A program made the translations under genes and the position numbers. Positions 1 to 13,168 of a stretch of DNA of 64,000 nucleotides are shown here, in pieces; positions within the stretch are counted from its first letter, which is position 1; every line of letters starts with the position of its first letter. The notes beneath the pieces are model-generated. The model was not told the origin of the DNA and searched no databases. It worked only from the letters and a program-made list of their open reading frames with translations. This DNA comes from Raillietiella orientalis (lineage: Eukaryota), in the NCBI GenBank assembly GCA_036172245.1, contig JAYWIR010000016.1, positions 930,001 through 994,000 of the forward strand. Reading direction: 5' to 3'.

Positions 1-496
1 GCACGCCTCGAAAACTGAGCTCACTACCTTAAGTTGGATACTAGAATTCAAGATCCAGTTTTTTTTATCCTCCACATTCTCCTGTGGATAAATGGTGCCG
101 CTTATGGATATTTATGGATACAGATTCCCCTTCAAGACGAAATGTTATTTCTTCTTTTGCTTAAGATCAGCTCGAAGTAATCAAATTAAGCGTTGAAATT
201 GCATTCCCAAATTAAACTCAGCATCTCATAATTCATCCTCCGCAAAGGAACCAATCCTCGATCTGCCCTAGTGTTGAATGATTTTAAAGATACTGTGATA
301 TTCGCTACACGAGATCATATAATTGTAAGCTTTCCCTTGGAAAAAGTTCTCGTAAAAAAAAAACAAAAAACGGCAAAGCAGTGAATTTTCAATTCCTGTT
401 TTGCCTCACTATCCTGATTCTTTTTATGCTGTTGCCATGACTACTTTTCATGATCACAGACACAAGATTGAAAGAGCGGAAAACAAAAGTACTCAC

Positions 497-3490
497 CACC
501 TGGTCGACACGTACGCAGTGAGAGGAGGATTCGATCTGATTTCTCTCACTAACCCAAAATCTGCAATCTTGATCAATTCATGACCTATGCACAAAATGTT
601 TTCAGGTTTGAGATCTCGGTGGAAGAAGCCATGCTTGTGGATAAAGGTCAATCCCTGAAGGATCTGATACAAGATATTACTTATTACTGCTTCTGGGAAA
701 AACTGCCCTTTCCTGGAAAAGAACTTGCTTCATTCTTTGTTCGATAGTGCGAACGGTCCTGAAATACAACTCCCTATTGGTAAGTAGGTGAACCAACAAC
801 TCTGAATCAATGTGTGAAAAATGGGTGTGATGCCAGCAGCGCAGACAGCGTTCGAGTGGCATCTGTTGAGCGTGCAGACCCTTGTTAATCACACGGAGGA
901 AATGGACCGAAGTGCTCAGCTCGGAAGAGTTTGGTGCGGCACGCTTCCTCCCCGGAGGCGCTTTGGTGATTTTCGGAAGGAACCGTCAAGAGCAAACAGA
1001 AAGCGGGGTTAGGCAGGATCTCTCCAGCAGCATCAGTCAGCGAGCGAACGAGATGTGCTCCCATAGGGAGAAATCAGCCAAAGTCGCGCGATTTCAGCTC
1101 CATTCTTTGAAAATAGGATGTGAGAGCCCTTATTTAAACACGGAAGCAAAGTGTCCCCAGGACTCTTGTGTTGATATCCAGGAGGCATAGGCGGTAGCTT
1201 CGTTCGCCATCATCAAAGACAAACAAACAGACAAACAAACAAACATCTGACGACCGTGTTGCATGTGTTTGTGTGGGAAATTCGTGTATAAAGTGCGGAC
1301 TTCGCCTCGCGTGCAGACAGACATCTCAACAGCTGTGCCGCCGGTGCGATTCACCCGTCAGACCACACCTCGGTGTGCCTGGACGTCACCACTGAGCTTC
1401 ACATACGCACAGTTTGCGCGCGGAACACGAGCGTTTGGCTACCCGAGCCCTCCACAGAATTCAAAGTTCCTGTTCCTCCGCTTTTTTTTTTTTTTTTTCC
1501 TTTTCTTTTTGTTACTCAACCTGTCATTCATGAGTTCCAGGAGATTCTCCTTCATGTGCTCGAATATGAAGTAGAGGATGTCATTCTCTCTGATGATTTC
1601 CTTGAGCTTCACTATGTTGGGGTGGTGGAGGCTGCGCAAGAACTGGAAAGAGAAAAGCAACCCCTCACTATCCCTCACTGCATGGTGCTCAGTTGCGGCA
1701 CAGGAAGCCTCGCTTCGAGCACTTGGAATGCGGCGCGGTGTGCCGGAATCAAAGGCTGTGCAAAGAATTGAAATTCCGGGAGGTTTCATTACTCCGCCCC
1801 TCTTCTTCCCCTCCTCCAACCCAAAAAGACAGTCCTCGGCAATTGCTGCCGGGCGCAGATGCGAGTCATTCAACAGGAAGGTGAGGTGCGCTTTTAGGGA
1901 ATTCGCTGCACAAGTGGGAAACACGGGAACACGTCGATTTCGCGAGTGAGGCGTCTGCCTACGAATTTCTGGCTCAGGGTTGCTGCCTGCAGACCCGAGT
2001 CGTTGCATCCCCGCTCAGGGAGCGCGAAACGAAATGTGGCTGAGTACCAGGTCAGACCATTGCAGTACCAGCTCTTCCAGTTTCGTAACCGAAACCGAAA
2101 CTGCAAAGAAACTCTTCCCTCTTCTCTTCCTCTCCCTCTTTTTTTTTTGCTTGCTTTCGGTTTTCATGGTCTCCAGAGAGTCCTTCAATTGGAACCAGGA
2201 ACTGCGTCCCAGTTCGACGACAGTACGTTCGATTCCCCCTCTCCTGCAACCTGAACACCCTAGGGCTTCACACACTGCAGTGTCTGAAGCAATGCAGTTT
2301 TTCTCTACTCTGCATCTGAACGCAAGGGAATCTTCTGAGAGGTCACGGTTACGCAGGCTGTCTTTCGTAAAGACCGCTGCAGCTGCGAACGCCCCCATCT
2401 TCTGTTTTAAGGAAGCGCGAAGCCCGCGTCTCATGCGTGGGGAAAGAGGTCACATTGTGAAGCTGCCAGCAGACGAAAGGATCACAGGAGTCAGGCACCT
2501 CAGCACCACACCACCCTCTGGTGAGCTTTTGGTGTGAATCCGGAAGCTCCTCTTGTATTTTTGCGACAGATGGACCGATAGATTGTGATGCATAGAACTC
2601 GTCGCCATAGTGAGAATTCTGTGGGAAAATCATCAGAGATCTTGAAGCCACGGGTGGCCCAGTTAGAAGAAAACGAAAAAACAAAAAGGGAGTGGGAATA
2701 CCTCAATTGCACTGACATGCATCTTGTGTTTGGGTCAGCAATTGAATTCGCCCCCTCTTCTCCTTCACTCACGTCTCATACCATAAGCAACGTGAGATAC
2801 GTCGAGGGATGTAGTGATGGATTGCTGTGAAAAAGTGACCTTCGATAATAAGGATAAGAGCGAACACCGGCAGTTTAAGTTATGCTGACTTTAGGAGGAT
2901 GGCGAGGTTTGAAAAGAAGAAAAACGACGACGCCCTTTTGATCCCCTTCTTGCTCCGGACTTCTGAAGCAGCTTCCCTTTTGTGCGAATCAATGTGAAAA
3001 AGCTGTGGGAGAAAAGAGAGGGATATGGCTGAGAGGAAGAAGGAGAAAACAAATCCTGGATTATTCATAAAGGACAGTGTACAAGAAGTATCAGAATTGG
3101 ATGAAAGCCTTTGGACACTCTAGGAATAGACTCCGAGTGTGTAGGGGGGGGGGGGGAGACTCGCTCAGCTAAGTCGGGAAACAGCCAGGGTGACCTGCGA
3201 TGTGCCTAATCCACTGACCAAAAACACCTGGCAGCTAATGAACCCAGGGCCTGACCACCGCAGGGTTCACAGTCAATCACGTCGTTACTCGCTCTGGTTT
3301 CGGTAATCACTCTGCGTTGGTGACCCGATGCAGTCGGGAAGCAGAATGGGAGGACGAAGCCCACATCCAAGAAACCAGGGATCCCACAGCGGGTGACTGA
3401 GCGCGGCGCAAGAGGAACCGAGTGCGATGGAGGAGAAATCGGAAATCCGAGAGGAAGGCCACAGACACGCATATGATGCACACATACATG

Positions 3491-3537
<47 letters not shown>

Positions 3538-6373
3538 ACTCATTTACGCGAAGGATAAATAGGAGACTCAAACACGGAAAACATTTTTCCCTTGCCTGAG
3601 CGTGGAATGCAGGGAGGGGGCGGATTGGAACCCTGCAAGGGAGTACTCGAGTTGAGTGTAAATCTTTCCAGGGGTGCATTTTGGCAAGGAAAGATTTTCA
3701 GAAATGTACCGGCCAGCCTCCAGTGCAGCTAGAAAATTACCTTGACTTCTCTTAGATCCATCGCCTCTTTCCAAGAATAAAATTTTTTCTTCATCCTGAA
3801 AAGAGAGTTCATAAGAGCATTTGAGGTCACAAAATTTTGTGAAAAGCCCTCAGCCAGTGCGCTCATGAGAGCAACATTCGTTCAGGATGCGAGCGTTTCC
3901 AGAAGCCGTGCTCGTCTTCTTTTCAGCTTGGTCTCGGGAAAGTTTGTGGGAGCATTTCTCACTCTCACCCCTCCGCGCAGCAGCAGCACCCCACCACCAC
4001 AGGTCATCATCATTTCGAGTTGGCCGAGATATTCCGGGCCTCGGATTGAACTTTCGCGTGGATCACTCGCTCGGCGGCAGTCACCCGGAGGGGGAAAAGA
4101 CGCCGCGAAATCCTCAAGAACGTGCCCTCGTCCCAACGCTGATGACGCCGAGTGGTGCAGAGGTGTGTTCGGACCACGGAAGCGAACTTGGAAGCAAAGA
4201 ACTTGCACGGAGATAATCACCGAATCGCCCTGAGACGTTACGAACTCTTGGAAACGCCACTGTGGAGTTTCGTCTCCTCGCAACATCGGTGCTCTGCCAG
4301 AAGTGCTCTCTATTCACTTTCGTTACTTGGGGTTGTGGGATCTCCTCTTACTGGGTACCGCCGCTGCCTCGGAGCTATCATTTTATGTATTCAAAATTCC
4401 GAGATGGATTCTGCCTTACTATGAACGCGTTACCCAAAAAAAAAAAAAAATGGACTCCTTTCGTTACCATCGTCTGCTCAAGGAGAGAGCGGGAAATGGG
4501 CCGTGTGCTGGCTTGCCACCACAAGGAGGCGAAATCAAACAAAATACAAAGGAGTGTAGCAAAGAAACGTAAATATTATCCACATTTACATTCATTTGCT
4601 CATTTATGTGCCTTTATTCACATCGAGAGTGGCATCTCGTGGCCCAGATTTGAACAAACTGAGCTCGCCTGTTTCGCTCGTCTTTTTTTTTTTTTATTTC
4701 GTATTATTATTACTATTTCCACCTATGTTCTTGGTGTTCACCCTAGAGGGAACACTGGGGAACTCAACAAACAGAGTACAGCCCATCCTTCCGGAACATC
4801 GTCCGTTCTAAGCATCTTGGCGTGTTCGAAAAGCGGTTTTAGCAAGAACAAGATCTCTGTGAGGCTTTTCTTGTCGAAGCCTGACGTGCTTCTCCTTTCC
4901 CCCCAATCTCCAAAGCTACATCTTCATGATCCTCTTATTGCCTGTTCTCGTCTCATCTCCCTTCATTCGACCTTGCCGAACTGACGCTCTTGTAGAACGG
5001 AATCGAAGTTCCGCGGGTCCCACTCCGCAGTGAGGGATGTTCCATGGGGAGACACGCCTGCAGCATCCCGCCGCTCGAAGGCTGCATGCAATCCGTCGCG
5101 GCAGCCGAAATCGTGCAGCTCGGCCTCTGGGCATCACTGAAACTTGCGGAAGGACACTTCGCTCCTCTGTGGGGGCCGTTCCCACCCAAAGGGAACCGCT
5201 AGGCAAGCTCAGTTTCAGTTTCGCCTGACCCCCATTCGGCAAAGGCTTTTTCATCCGAGAGAATGGGGGGCAGCTCGTTCCTGGAACTGCACCCGTGCTA
5301 TGGTGAGCTTCCGGCAAAGCCATAGCAACGATGTACCCTCTCCCACATATTCTTGAAGATCATTCGGATTCCTTTCATCACAGGGATACGTTGGTAGCAA
5401 GAGAAGACTTGGGGATCCCGGAAGCTTTGAAAGGGAGTCGCGCTTCGGAAGTGGCGAGACAGCCAGCTGAGCATCCATTCGGCGGCCCACAGGGATTCGG
5501 TCAACTTCCAACCTCGTTACGTGTCCTCCACTTCTGGAGCTCTTGGGAACGGAGAATGGGGTCTCCATAACCCGGCGTTTTGATTCTCAGAGATTCAAGG
5601 AAAATAATAATAATAACATGACAGGCGATCGGGATGACTGACCGAAATTTTTCATCGCGTCCTCTGATCCCGGATCGGCATCCACATAGGAACCAAGCAT
5701 TCGGCTGGCCTCGAAACAAACTATCTGGACCCCCGAGGGGAGAAACCTTGATTGAGGAGGTCAATGTGGGACACACAGTGAGACTCGGGCGCAGAAACCC
5801 CCGCCGCGGAATTCATGCAGCGTCCGTGCGACAACACACGCTTGGTGGTGGTGTTCTTGGCCACGGATGCTACGCGCCACTTGGAGCGTGGCAACCATCC
5901 TGATTCTGCTCGCCCTCCCCCATTGCGAAACGGACGCTCGCAGTGCAACCTGCTTTTTTCCTGGACAGGAAAGCGGGGAGTTCTCGCTCTGATCAGTGGA
6001 GCACCACATCAGCCACACCGCCAGAGTGGCAGCATCTCTGCGAGAAGTAATACAGGAGCCCCGGGGCGCCGGGGGAAAAGCGTGGAATCTTAAAACTGAT
6101 CCCGCTATCTAAAAGGCGAGATGGTGGTTCTGACAACAGCAAGGCAGGCATGAGATGCTGCGTTTCGAAACACGACGGAGCACTTCATGGAGCAGCAGCA
6201 GCAGCAACAACAAAAAAAACGTTCGACCACGCACAACACCCCTTGAAGGGATACATGCAGAAAGATTTTTACCTCTTGATGGCAACTTTTTCTCCAGTGT
6301 CCTTTTTCTGACCCAGCAATACGCAACCATAAGAGCCATCTCCTATTTCTCCAAAGGTTACATATCGATGCAT
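497..6373 (-). CDS. MAK: MAK/ICK(CILK1)/DYF-5-like CMGC Ser/Thr kinase, 5' part; exons 6373-6273, 3795-3741, 1642-1521, 712-497; remainder lies beyond the left edge
   Basis: Spliced GT-AG exons with consistent phases give [165 protein letters not shown]. This matches the MAK/ICK family; MAK versus ICK orthology cannot be resolved. Confidence 0.93.
3494..3539. repeat. (CA)n microsatellite in kinase intron 2
   Basis: About 22 CA units seen directly. Confidence 0.97.
4700..5570 (-). mobile_element. Possible heavily decayed LINE ORF2 C-terminal fragment in kinase intron 1
   Basis: Frame-broken KCP...LHDFGC resembles the C-x2-C...H-x3-4-C finger at LINE ORF2 ends; GC-rich relative to flanks. Confidence 0.3.
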
Positions 6374-6958
6374 CTTTGCGAGACGTTCGAACACATTGGT
6401 AAAAAAAAAAAAAAACAAATCACACACTGCTTATGATGATGAAGGGAACAAAGGATCAGTTTTTTTTGTTGTTCTTGTTTTTGAATTCACTTAGCAACCA
6501 ACACACGATTCGTCAGTTTCGCATGGACTCTTGTCAGAAGACGAAATCCTGATGCAGATGCATGGAGGTACGCTACGTGAACACTATCACCTGGGAAACA
6601 GGCGTCCATTTTCTGATCTGATCAATAATCCGAAAATACATGACATTCCAGGAAGGGAGGCGAATTGGAAGTCAGCATTTCTCCCCCTCCCCCCTCTCTC
6701 CCCTAGAAGGATGCGGGAGATGTCACAAAAGGTTTCAGATTCCGTTTGCAGAATATTTTCCTCACGCTGACTGAGATGAATCTCGAGGAAAGAAGAGAGA
6801 ATGGGGGGGGGAGGGGGCGGATGATTAAATCTAGAATGTTCAGCGAGCACGTTTTTTTTTTTTTTTTCTTTATCACTCCCCCCTTGCCTGGGAAAATGGA
6901 AGCGCAGGTACATTTGTAGAAGGGAGGGGGAGAAAGGGAAACTGCAAAAATACCGGTT

Positions 6959-6971
6959 GTTGCCACGTAAC
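6959..6971. promoter_or_regulatory. Candidate RFX X-box about 590 bp upstream of the kinase ATG
   Basis: GTTGCCACGTAAC: one perfect half-site and one imperfect. MAK/dyf-5 genes are known ciliary RFX targets. Confidence 0.3.
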
Positions 6972-8899
6972 GCAGCCGCTTCTCCCGACAACAATCGAGT
7001 GGACTGCGATTTGCCAGTGTCGTTTCCTCTGCATCTCCGAGAGAGGCTGAGACAGGAGCCACGTGCCCCCCACCCCACCCCAGCCCTCACTCTGATTACG
7101 TGGATCCCTGAGCACTTCGCGCGACGCTCCGCTTTCCTTTTCGGGAGGTTCGTGACATATATGTTCGGTCCTCGGGATGGACCAAACCATTCGATCAAAG
7201 GAAATTCATCTCCAGAAGCAGCAGAACAGTGGACCCCTCGCCTTGTTACTCTGACGTTCAGGTTCCTCCTCCGCAAACTGCAACTGTTCCTTCGAAATTT
7301 CCTTCTTCTACGACGCTTCCTTTTTTTACGTGTGCGTGCGTGCGTGTGCGTGTGTGCGTGAGAGGGGAGAGGGAGGGCAGGAAGGAAAGGGGATCGTAAC
7401 CCGGATCCCGAACGTACCCTGTGCGCTCGCGTCGTCGCCAGTCGTCGCCGCCGAGGGAGCGAGCGGATGAGGCCAGTGCACGGCCCAGGGATGTTCGTCG
7501 TCAAGGAGACGGCGAGTCTGAGAATGTGCTGTATCGGGGTCGCTCGGTTTCTCTCAAGGCGTAGCTCACACCCATCCGGGTTGTCGTCATCGTCGTCACC
7601 AGAGGGCAAAGAAGGATGGGGGGAGGGGGGAAGAAAAGGGAAGGAAGCGGTGCACCCCCCTCCCCCGTGCAGATCCATGCCCCTCCTGGAGCCGGGTTCG
7701 CCCTCGCCTCGCTGGGATGCCTTCTGTGGATGCGGGGGGCACGCCTACGCCTGGAACCGACCAGGCCGAAGAGTCCCGCCTGCTGCCCGGCGCGCCTCTT
7801 CCGGAACCCTGAAGTCATCGCAGCCTCCTTACGCGCCCGCGGGTTCCACCTCATCTTCCTGCCTCCTGCTCCTTGCTGGCGTCGCGCCCCAGCTCCGGGA
7901 GGAACGCCTTCTCGTAACCTCTCCGACATCGTTTGGGATCCGTAGCAGCGTCCCGGTTCTTGTGCCATGGATCTCCCGGGGCATCCTCACCTTGCCAGTC
8001 GGAGAGCGAGGGGTCGAGGTCACCTGGAGGGACACGCTCAGCCCGGAAGGCTCCGAAAGAAATCGGAGGTTCGCGGGGAGGAACATCCCTCCCGGTGTCG
8101 GATCTCCTGGACACTCCATCCCGAGACCCGGGAGAGCATCCACTGAACTCTGCCGCTGCTCCACGAACGGCCGTTCCCATATCTCGAGGATGAGGCGGAA
8201 GAGGACGTGCGCCGCACTACTTCCTTCGCGGGACTTCCTGGGTTTTCCAGCATCTCCGCTGCCGCCGTCTCCGCCACTACCAGGAGCCATCGCTCTGAGC
8301 AAGCGGAGAGGGGCGCTCTGAAAGGAGTGCCCGATGGCGGGGGCTGCACGCTGCTGAGTGGCCTGGGAAGGCGGGTCCGCTTTTCCAAGGAAGCCGGCAC
8401 CGCCTTCCCGCCGAGACGCACCCGAACGGGAGGACGGGGATCCCTTGTCTTGCCTCGACAAGGATCTTCCTCTCGAGGCATCCCGGCGACCTTCGCGGCC
8501 TCCGGGTAGGCTTTGGGGTCCGTAGCAGCGTCATGAGCCACGGCCGGGGGGACCACCCCCACCCGTGGCTCGTGGCATACCACGAAAGACCGTCCGGAGC
8601 CAGGAGCCCCAGCTGGAGTATCCCGGTGGGCCCCGTGCGGGCCGACGTCGCTTACCGATGAGGACGACGACGAGTGTTCGGACCAGAGGTCACGTGTCAG
8701 CGCACAGCGGCAGGATGCATCTTCGGAGGATTGCATCGCGCGAGGCGCCATCGACTACTTGCGCCGGCCGCTCCTGTGAACGGCCGGCGACGGAAGGAGG
8801 CGAGCAGGAAAAGGGTGTTGCTGCCAGACGCCTGGGTTTGAGGGCGCAGGGATGGCGATCCTGCGCACGCCACTCCCGCCGCCAGAGGAAACGAATGCC

Positions 8900-9950
8900 T
8901 CGACGAAGCGGAAGGACGCTGCGTCCTGGAGACCGGCCGGGAACCGCTCCTTCCTGTGGACTCCCTCGACAGAGTCATCCCTGCAGGAAATTTCTCGGGA
9001 CTCCAAGAACTGGGCACGGCCGCCACTCCAGGAGCGGCGCTGTCCGCCCTACCAAGGGGTGGAGGGGGGAGAGCTGGAGATGCCTCACTGGAGGGGTGGG
9101 CGTTCTTCCTGAGCGCGTCATCCTGGTATCGACGAATCTCCGGAGCGGCCGTTGCTCAGCTGGCTGGCAGGTCGGAGCGGTGATTACCATGCCACATGCC
9201 CATGCACTGCTTCGCTGACCAGAACCCTCGGGTTTCTTCCCTGGAAGCTGCGCCAGTGCGTCGGATGGAGACAGGGGAGAGCGTCCTGTGTGTGCCAGGT
9301 GCGAGAGAGCAGGATCGTCCCTGCACTTTGCTGCGGGGTTCTTCGCGGGGGACGCGCTGAAGCGTTCGGCAACATCCGGGTTACCAGGGAGCCTATTCGC
9401 AGTCTTCCCCCCCCCCCTCCACCCCGCCAGCTGCAGAGATTGCAACGTTGTGTCGGCGTGCGCGTGATGATGGCGGCCATTCCTGCAGCCGAACGTGCGG
9501 TCCCCTCATGGAAGCATCCCTACTTCGGAGGGGAGCGAAAAGGAGCAGTGGGCGATCGACCGCGCAATCCGCAGCCAGCTCGATCCCAGTCCTTTTGCCT
9601 CCATGTTATTTTATTACATTTCCTGTTCCTTCCCAAATGTGGGTGCTCCCCCGCTGCCACACCTACGCGCTGGCGCTTCTTCCTCGAACCTAGTCAGCGC
9701 CACTCGCTGGGCACGTGGCTCACACTCTCACTTCATTTCTGCATGTTCGTCTTCAAAAGAGGCATTCTCGTTCATCCTTACTTGGAAGCGTCCTCGGGGT
9801 GACCAGGTGAGAGGCCACCACCTTCACACATAACAGAAATGATGCCTCCGCATGCAGGTTCGAGCGTTCCGAGTCTTCACGAGTCAGATAGCATTCGCGG
9901 GCCGAAACAGATGCCAAGGGACAGGCAGGAATTCTCGAGGGTTCCCTTAG
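8900..9950 (-). mobile_element. Possible decayed non-LTR ORF1 (gag-like) remnant
   Basis: RLRIGSLVTRM followed by frame-broken Cys/His knuckle-like strings (CLHPTH; CM-CGM-NHRSD-C). Confidence 0.3.
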
Positions 9951-11234
9951 ATGGCTCCCGACTGTGAGATGCAATGGGCCCCCGGATAACGCAGGGGATA
10001 CGTGGCGTTACACGGATCCGCGTTAGACGAGCCCAGTGGGTTGCGCATAGATGGCGTCAAAAAAGATGGAAAATGGATTTCACACTCTCCTGTTTCTAAT
10101 TAAGAAACAGTGGGATATTTTTTAATCTACTTTGGGACGAGAAAGTTTGTGTTATTCAGCTCGAAGAGAAGCGTCTGGAGTTTCGTTGCTGATGTTCAAT
10201 CATTGCGAACGACTCTACGCTCTCTCGACTCTGCCGTTCTCGCTGTTGGAAGATGCATCACCCCATGCTGTTTCATACAATTCGACCTGGGAAGATTTGC
10301 GGAGGACTCCAAGGAAACAGCGGACGCTGTCCGAGGGAGCCTGAGCTTCTGGGGGCGTTCCGGGTGAAAGCACGCCCGCAGCCGTGCCTGACTTGCCCCA
10401 GTGATCGCAGCATCACCTGCGAGGAGCAGCTCGGTAGTCCTGACTGATGCACGCGTGTCCTCCTCGATTCCGCCGCAGCCGTGGTCAGCTAAGCCCGCAG
10501 ACGGAGATCTCCGATGACAAGCATCCCAGAAACCTTCGGGGATGTGGTTGCCCGCTTGAGTTGACACCCCAGTGGAGGGTACGGAATGCCCTCAAGAATA
10601 GAGATCCATGATTCCTTGGGCACGAGACAAGAGGTTTGGTCGCCGCCTTCCGAAGCAAACAAGGAGGAGGAGATGCTGTGGAACCTGTCCTTCGCGTCAC
10701 GTGCTTTTAGGTCATGTGCGGGAAACCGAACGCGTACGAAGAATTGACAGTATGCAAGACGCGTTCGAAGTCACTCCTGGCTTTACAGCTGCGTTCTCTC
10801 TCTGATGCTAAGCAGCAAGAAGGATGTACAAGACGGACTTTGCTGAACGCGGATTCGTACAACGTGGCGCGAAAATCGGAGACAGGACTCGTACAACGCG
10901 GCGAATCCAACCCGTACGATGCTGCGGGTGGAGATTTCGATTCTGTGGCGAAGTGTCAGCTGGGCTGTTCGCAGAAGCAACACGTGATTAAAGCAGGTCA
11001 GATTCTATGAAACCTTATCCCATACGTAGAGGAAGGACGCGGTTCTGGAGATGAGGAACGAGAGCGACCGCAAAGTCACGAGCCGCGTGCCGCTCCCATA
11101 GGCACCTGCCGGCAGATCCGCGAAGCTCTCGCGAGTTCCTCCCATGAGCGGAGCCGACCTCATCCGCCTCCGGAGATCCCCGAGGTCGCGTGCGCCGCGC
11201 GAGGAAGGCGAGCGACAGCGGCGATTCCCTCTGG

Positions 11235-13168
11235 ATGGAGGAGGCAGGGGAGGAACCACGCGGAGGGCGCGGAATCGAATCTCCGGCCTCCCTCCCGGAG
11301 AGGTTGGGTTGGAGCCGCGGAGGAAGGACGAGGGGGGGAGGGGAGAGGAGACGCGCGGGGTCCTCCCGCGCGAGCGCGCGTGCCCTTCCCCCACCGCCTC
11401 GCAGTGCCTCCCGCGGCAGTCGCACTCCGCGCACGGGAGGAGTCAGTGAGTCCGTGATGCTCGGAGAGCCCCGGGACGCGCCCCCTCTGAAGCCCAACAG
11501 CTCGACGGGATCACAGCAGTCGCAGCAGCTCTCGTGTGCGTCCGCCACCCTGCACGTGTCCGTGCTGTACGCCGTCCTGTCGGTGATCCTGGTGTGCCTC
11601 CTGGCTGCTGTACGTGGACGGTGGCTTCACGCCACCGCGAGACAAGCTGGGAGGGAGGGGGTGAAAGAGGGGACGCAGCCGAGCGGTGGCAGAGGTTCGA
11701 CGCCGAGCCCGCGTTTGCTCCTCCTCCCCTCCCTTTCTTTCCCCGTTTTTTTCTCCCCCTTCCAGTGCGCCGCGTTTTCCGTCCGCAAGGCGCTGTCGGC
11801 CAGACGCTCCCGGCCCATCCTCGCCCACGCATACCACCCGGTGTACAGGGAGACCACGGAGGGCACCGAGGACTGCTGCGTACCCAAGGGCGCCTACGTG
11901 GCCCTGCATCACGACGAGGTGAGCAGCTGCCTTCTTCATCTCCTTGTGATTGTGGTCGCTTTTCTGCGCCCCTTCCTCCTTCCCGGTCGCAAGGCCCTCG
12001 GCGCTGGGGGTGCCTGCAACGAGAAGGGGTCAGGGAGGATTAGGCGAACGCTTCCCTCCACCTCGACGCGCACAACCCCCGAGAGCTTCACCAGAGCTGC
12101 AAGGGACCCGCGACAGCGGTTTCAGAGACCTCGACTAACCTCTCCGCAAGCACGTCTTCGAGGTTTCCCTCCCCTCCCTCTAAACCTTCGCCCCTGCTCC
12201 CCGTCGCACGTGCCAAACGGGCGGACGGGAAAGCGCGGGTCGACGTCGTCGTCGTTCCCGCGGCAACGTTTGTGACGGAGCAAATGGGCCCGGAGAGCGG
12301 GGAAGTTGGAAGCTCATGGAGGGGCACCGAAAGGGATGGAGGGTGACCTCCGGGGCGAGCTGCTGAGACCGGAGCTGGTGTTGGAGTGTCGCCTTTGACC
12401 TTTTCCTCGATCAAGTTTCTCCTCTCCCTCCCCGAGCAGACGCACTCCCCGCAGACGGAACCCGGGAACGGACCTCCTGCTACTCCCCCCCTCTTGCCTT
12501 TCTCTTCTCCTATGCGATGCCGAGAGCCCTCTCAGTCGAAGCGAACTCTCGTCTGTCCGCTATTTATATCTCTTGGAAGAGGACCAACTGATGTGTGATC
12601 TTGTAGCATCCTCTTTCAGGACGCTCCCTCTTCCATGCGCCAGCGCCCGCGGAAGAGGAAGGGAAGGGGTCGGAAAAGTGGGCGTTTCTCCGCTTGCTTC
12701 ATCGCTTTGTCACCCTCTTCCCTCCCCGCCAAGAGCCGCTTTCGCCACCCAGAGCCCCAACCTCCGTCTCCCGCCCCAAGCTCCGGGGGAGATGCGCGAG
12801 GGTCTTGTTCCCTCTCCTCGAGAGAGGCAGAGGGAAAATCCCTCCTTCCTACTTTCTCCCTCCCGGCCTCGAGGGGGCATCCTCGCCGCCGCGTCCCCGG
12901 GGAAGAGGTCATGGTCCACGCCTCGGAGGTTGCTACCTCCCGGCCGAACGTGCTCAGTATCCGCTCGCTCGCGAGTGCCTCCCCCCCCATACAGGGTTTG
13001 CGAGGTACCTGGACGCAGGGGAGGGCGAGGGAGCTGGCCCCAAGCACGGAGGCTCCCTTGGATCGTAAGCGTTCCCTGAAGGCGACAAAGGAGGTCGAAG
13101 CGCTCCTCAGCGCGCACGCGCTGAGGAGAGAGAGTGGTTTCCTAGCTACGAGTGAGGGACCCTCATGA
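11235..13168 (+). CDS. Putative orphan single-pass membrane protein; exons about 11235-11302, 11405-11609, 11766-11918, 12620-13168
   Basis: Phase-compatible GT-AG introns with pyrimidine tracts; strong GC3 bias in the two middle exons; splicing builds one hydrophobic helix LHVSVLYAVLSVILVCLLAA/CAAFSV followed by basic RKALSARRSR. First and last exons are less certain. Confidence 0.45.

Noticed and set aside
5720..6020. Possible R2-like CCHC remnant ([19 protein letters not shown])
   Set aside because: Too degenerate; no adjoining RT or RLE motifs.
6587..9802. Long ORFs of 200-360 aa on both strands
   Set aside because: GC-rich low-complexity sequence and microsatellites with few stops; overlapping frames; no recognisable domains.
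10100..11010. Possible upstream exons of the membrane-protein gene
   Set aside because: I could not build a phase-consistent, stop-free path or recognise a domain.
11530..11860. Resemblance of TM + RPILAHAYHPV to PAC/TMEM206 or DEG/ENaC TM1 regions
   Set aside because: Only a short pattern. The basic cluster implies a cytoplasmic C-terminus, and no ectodomain or second helix was found.
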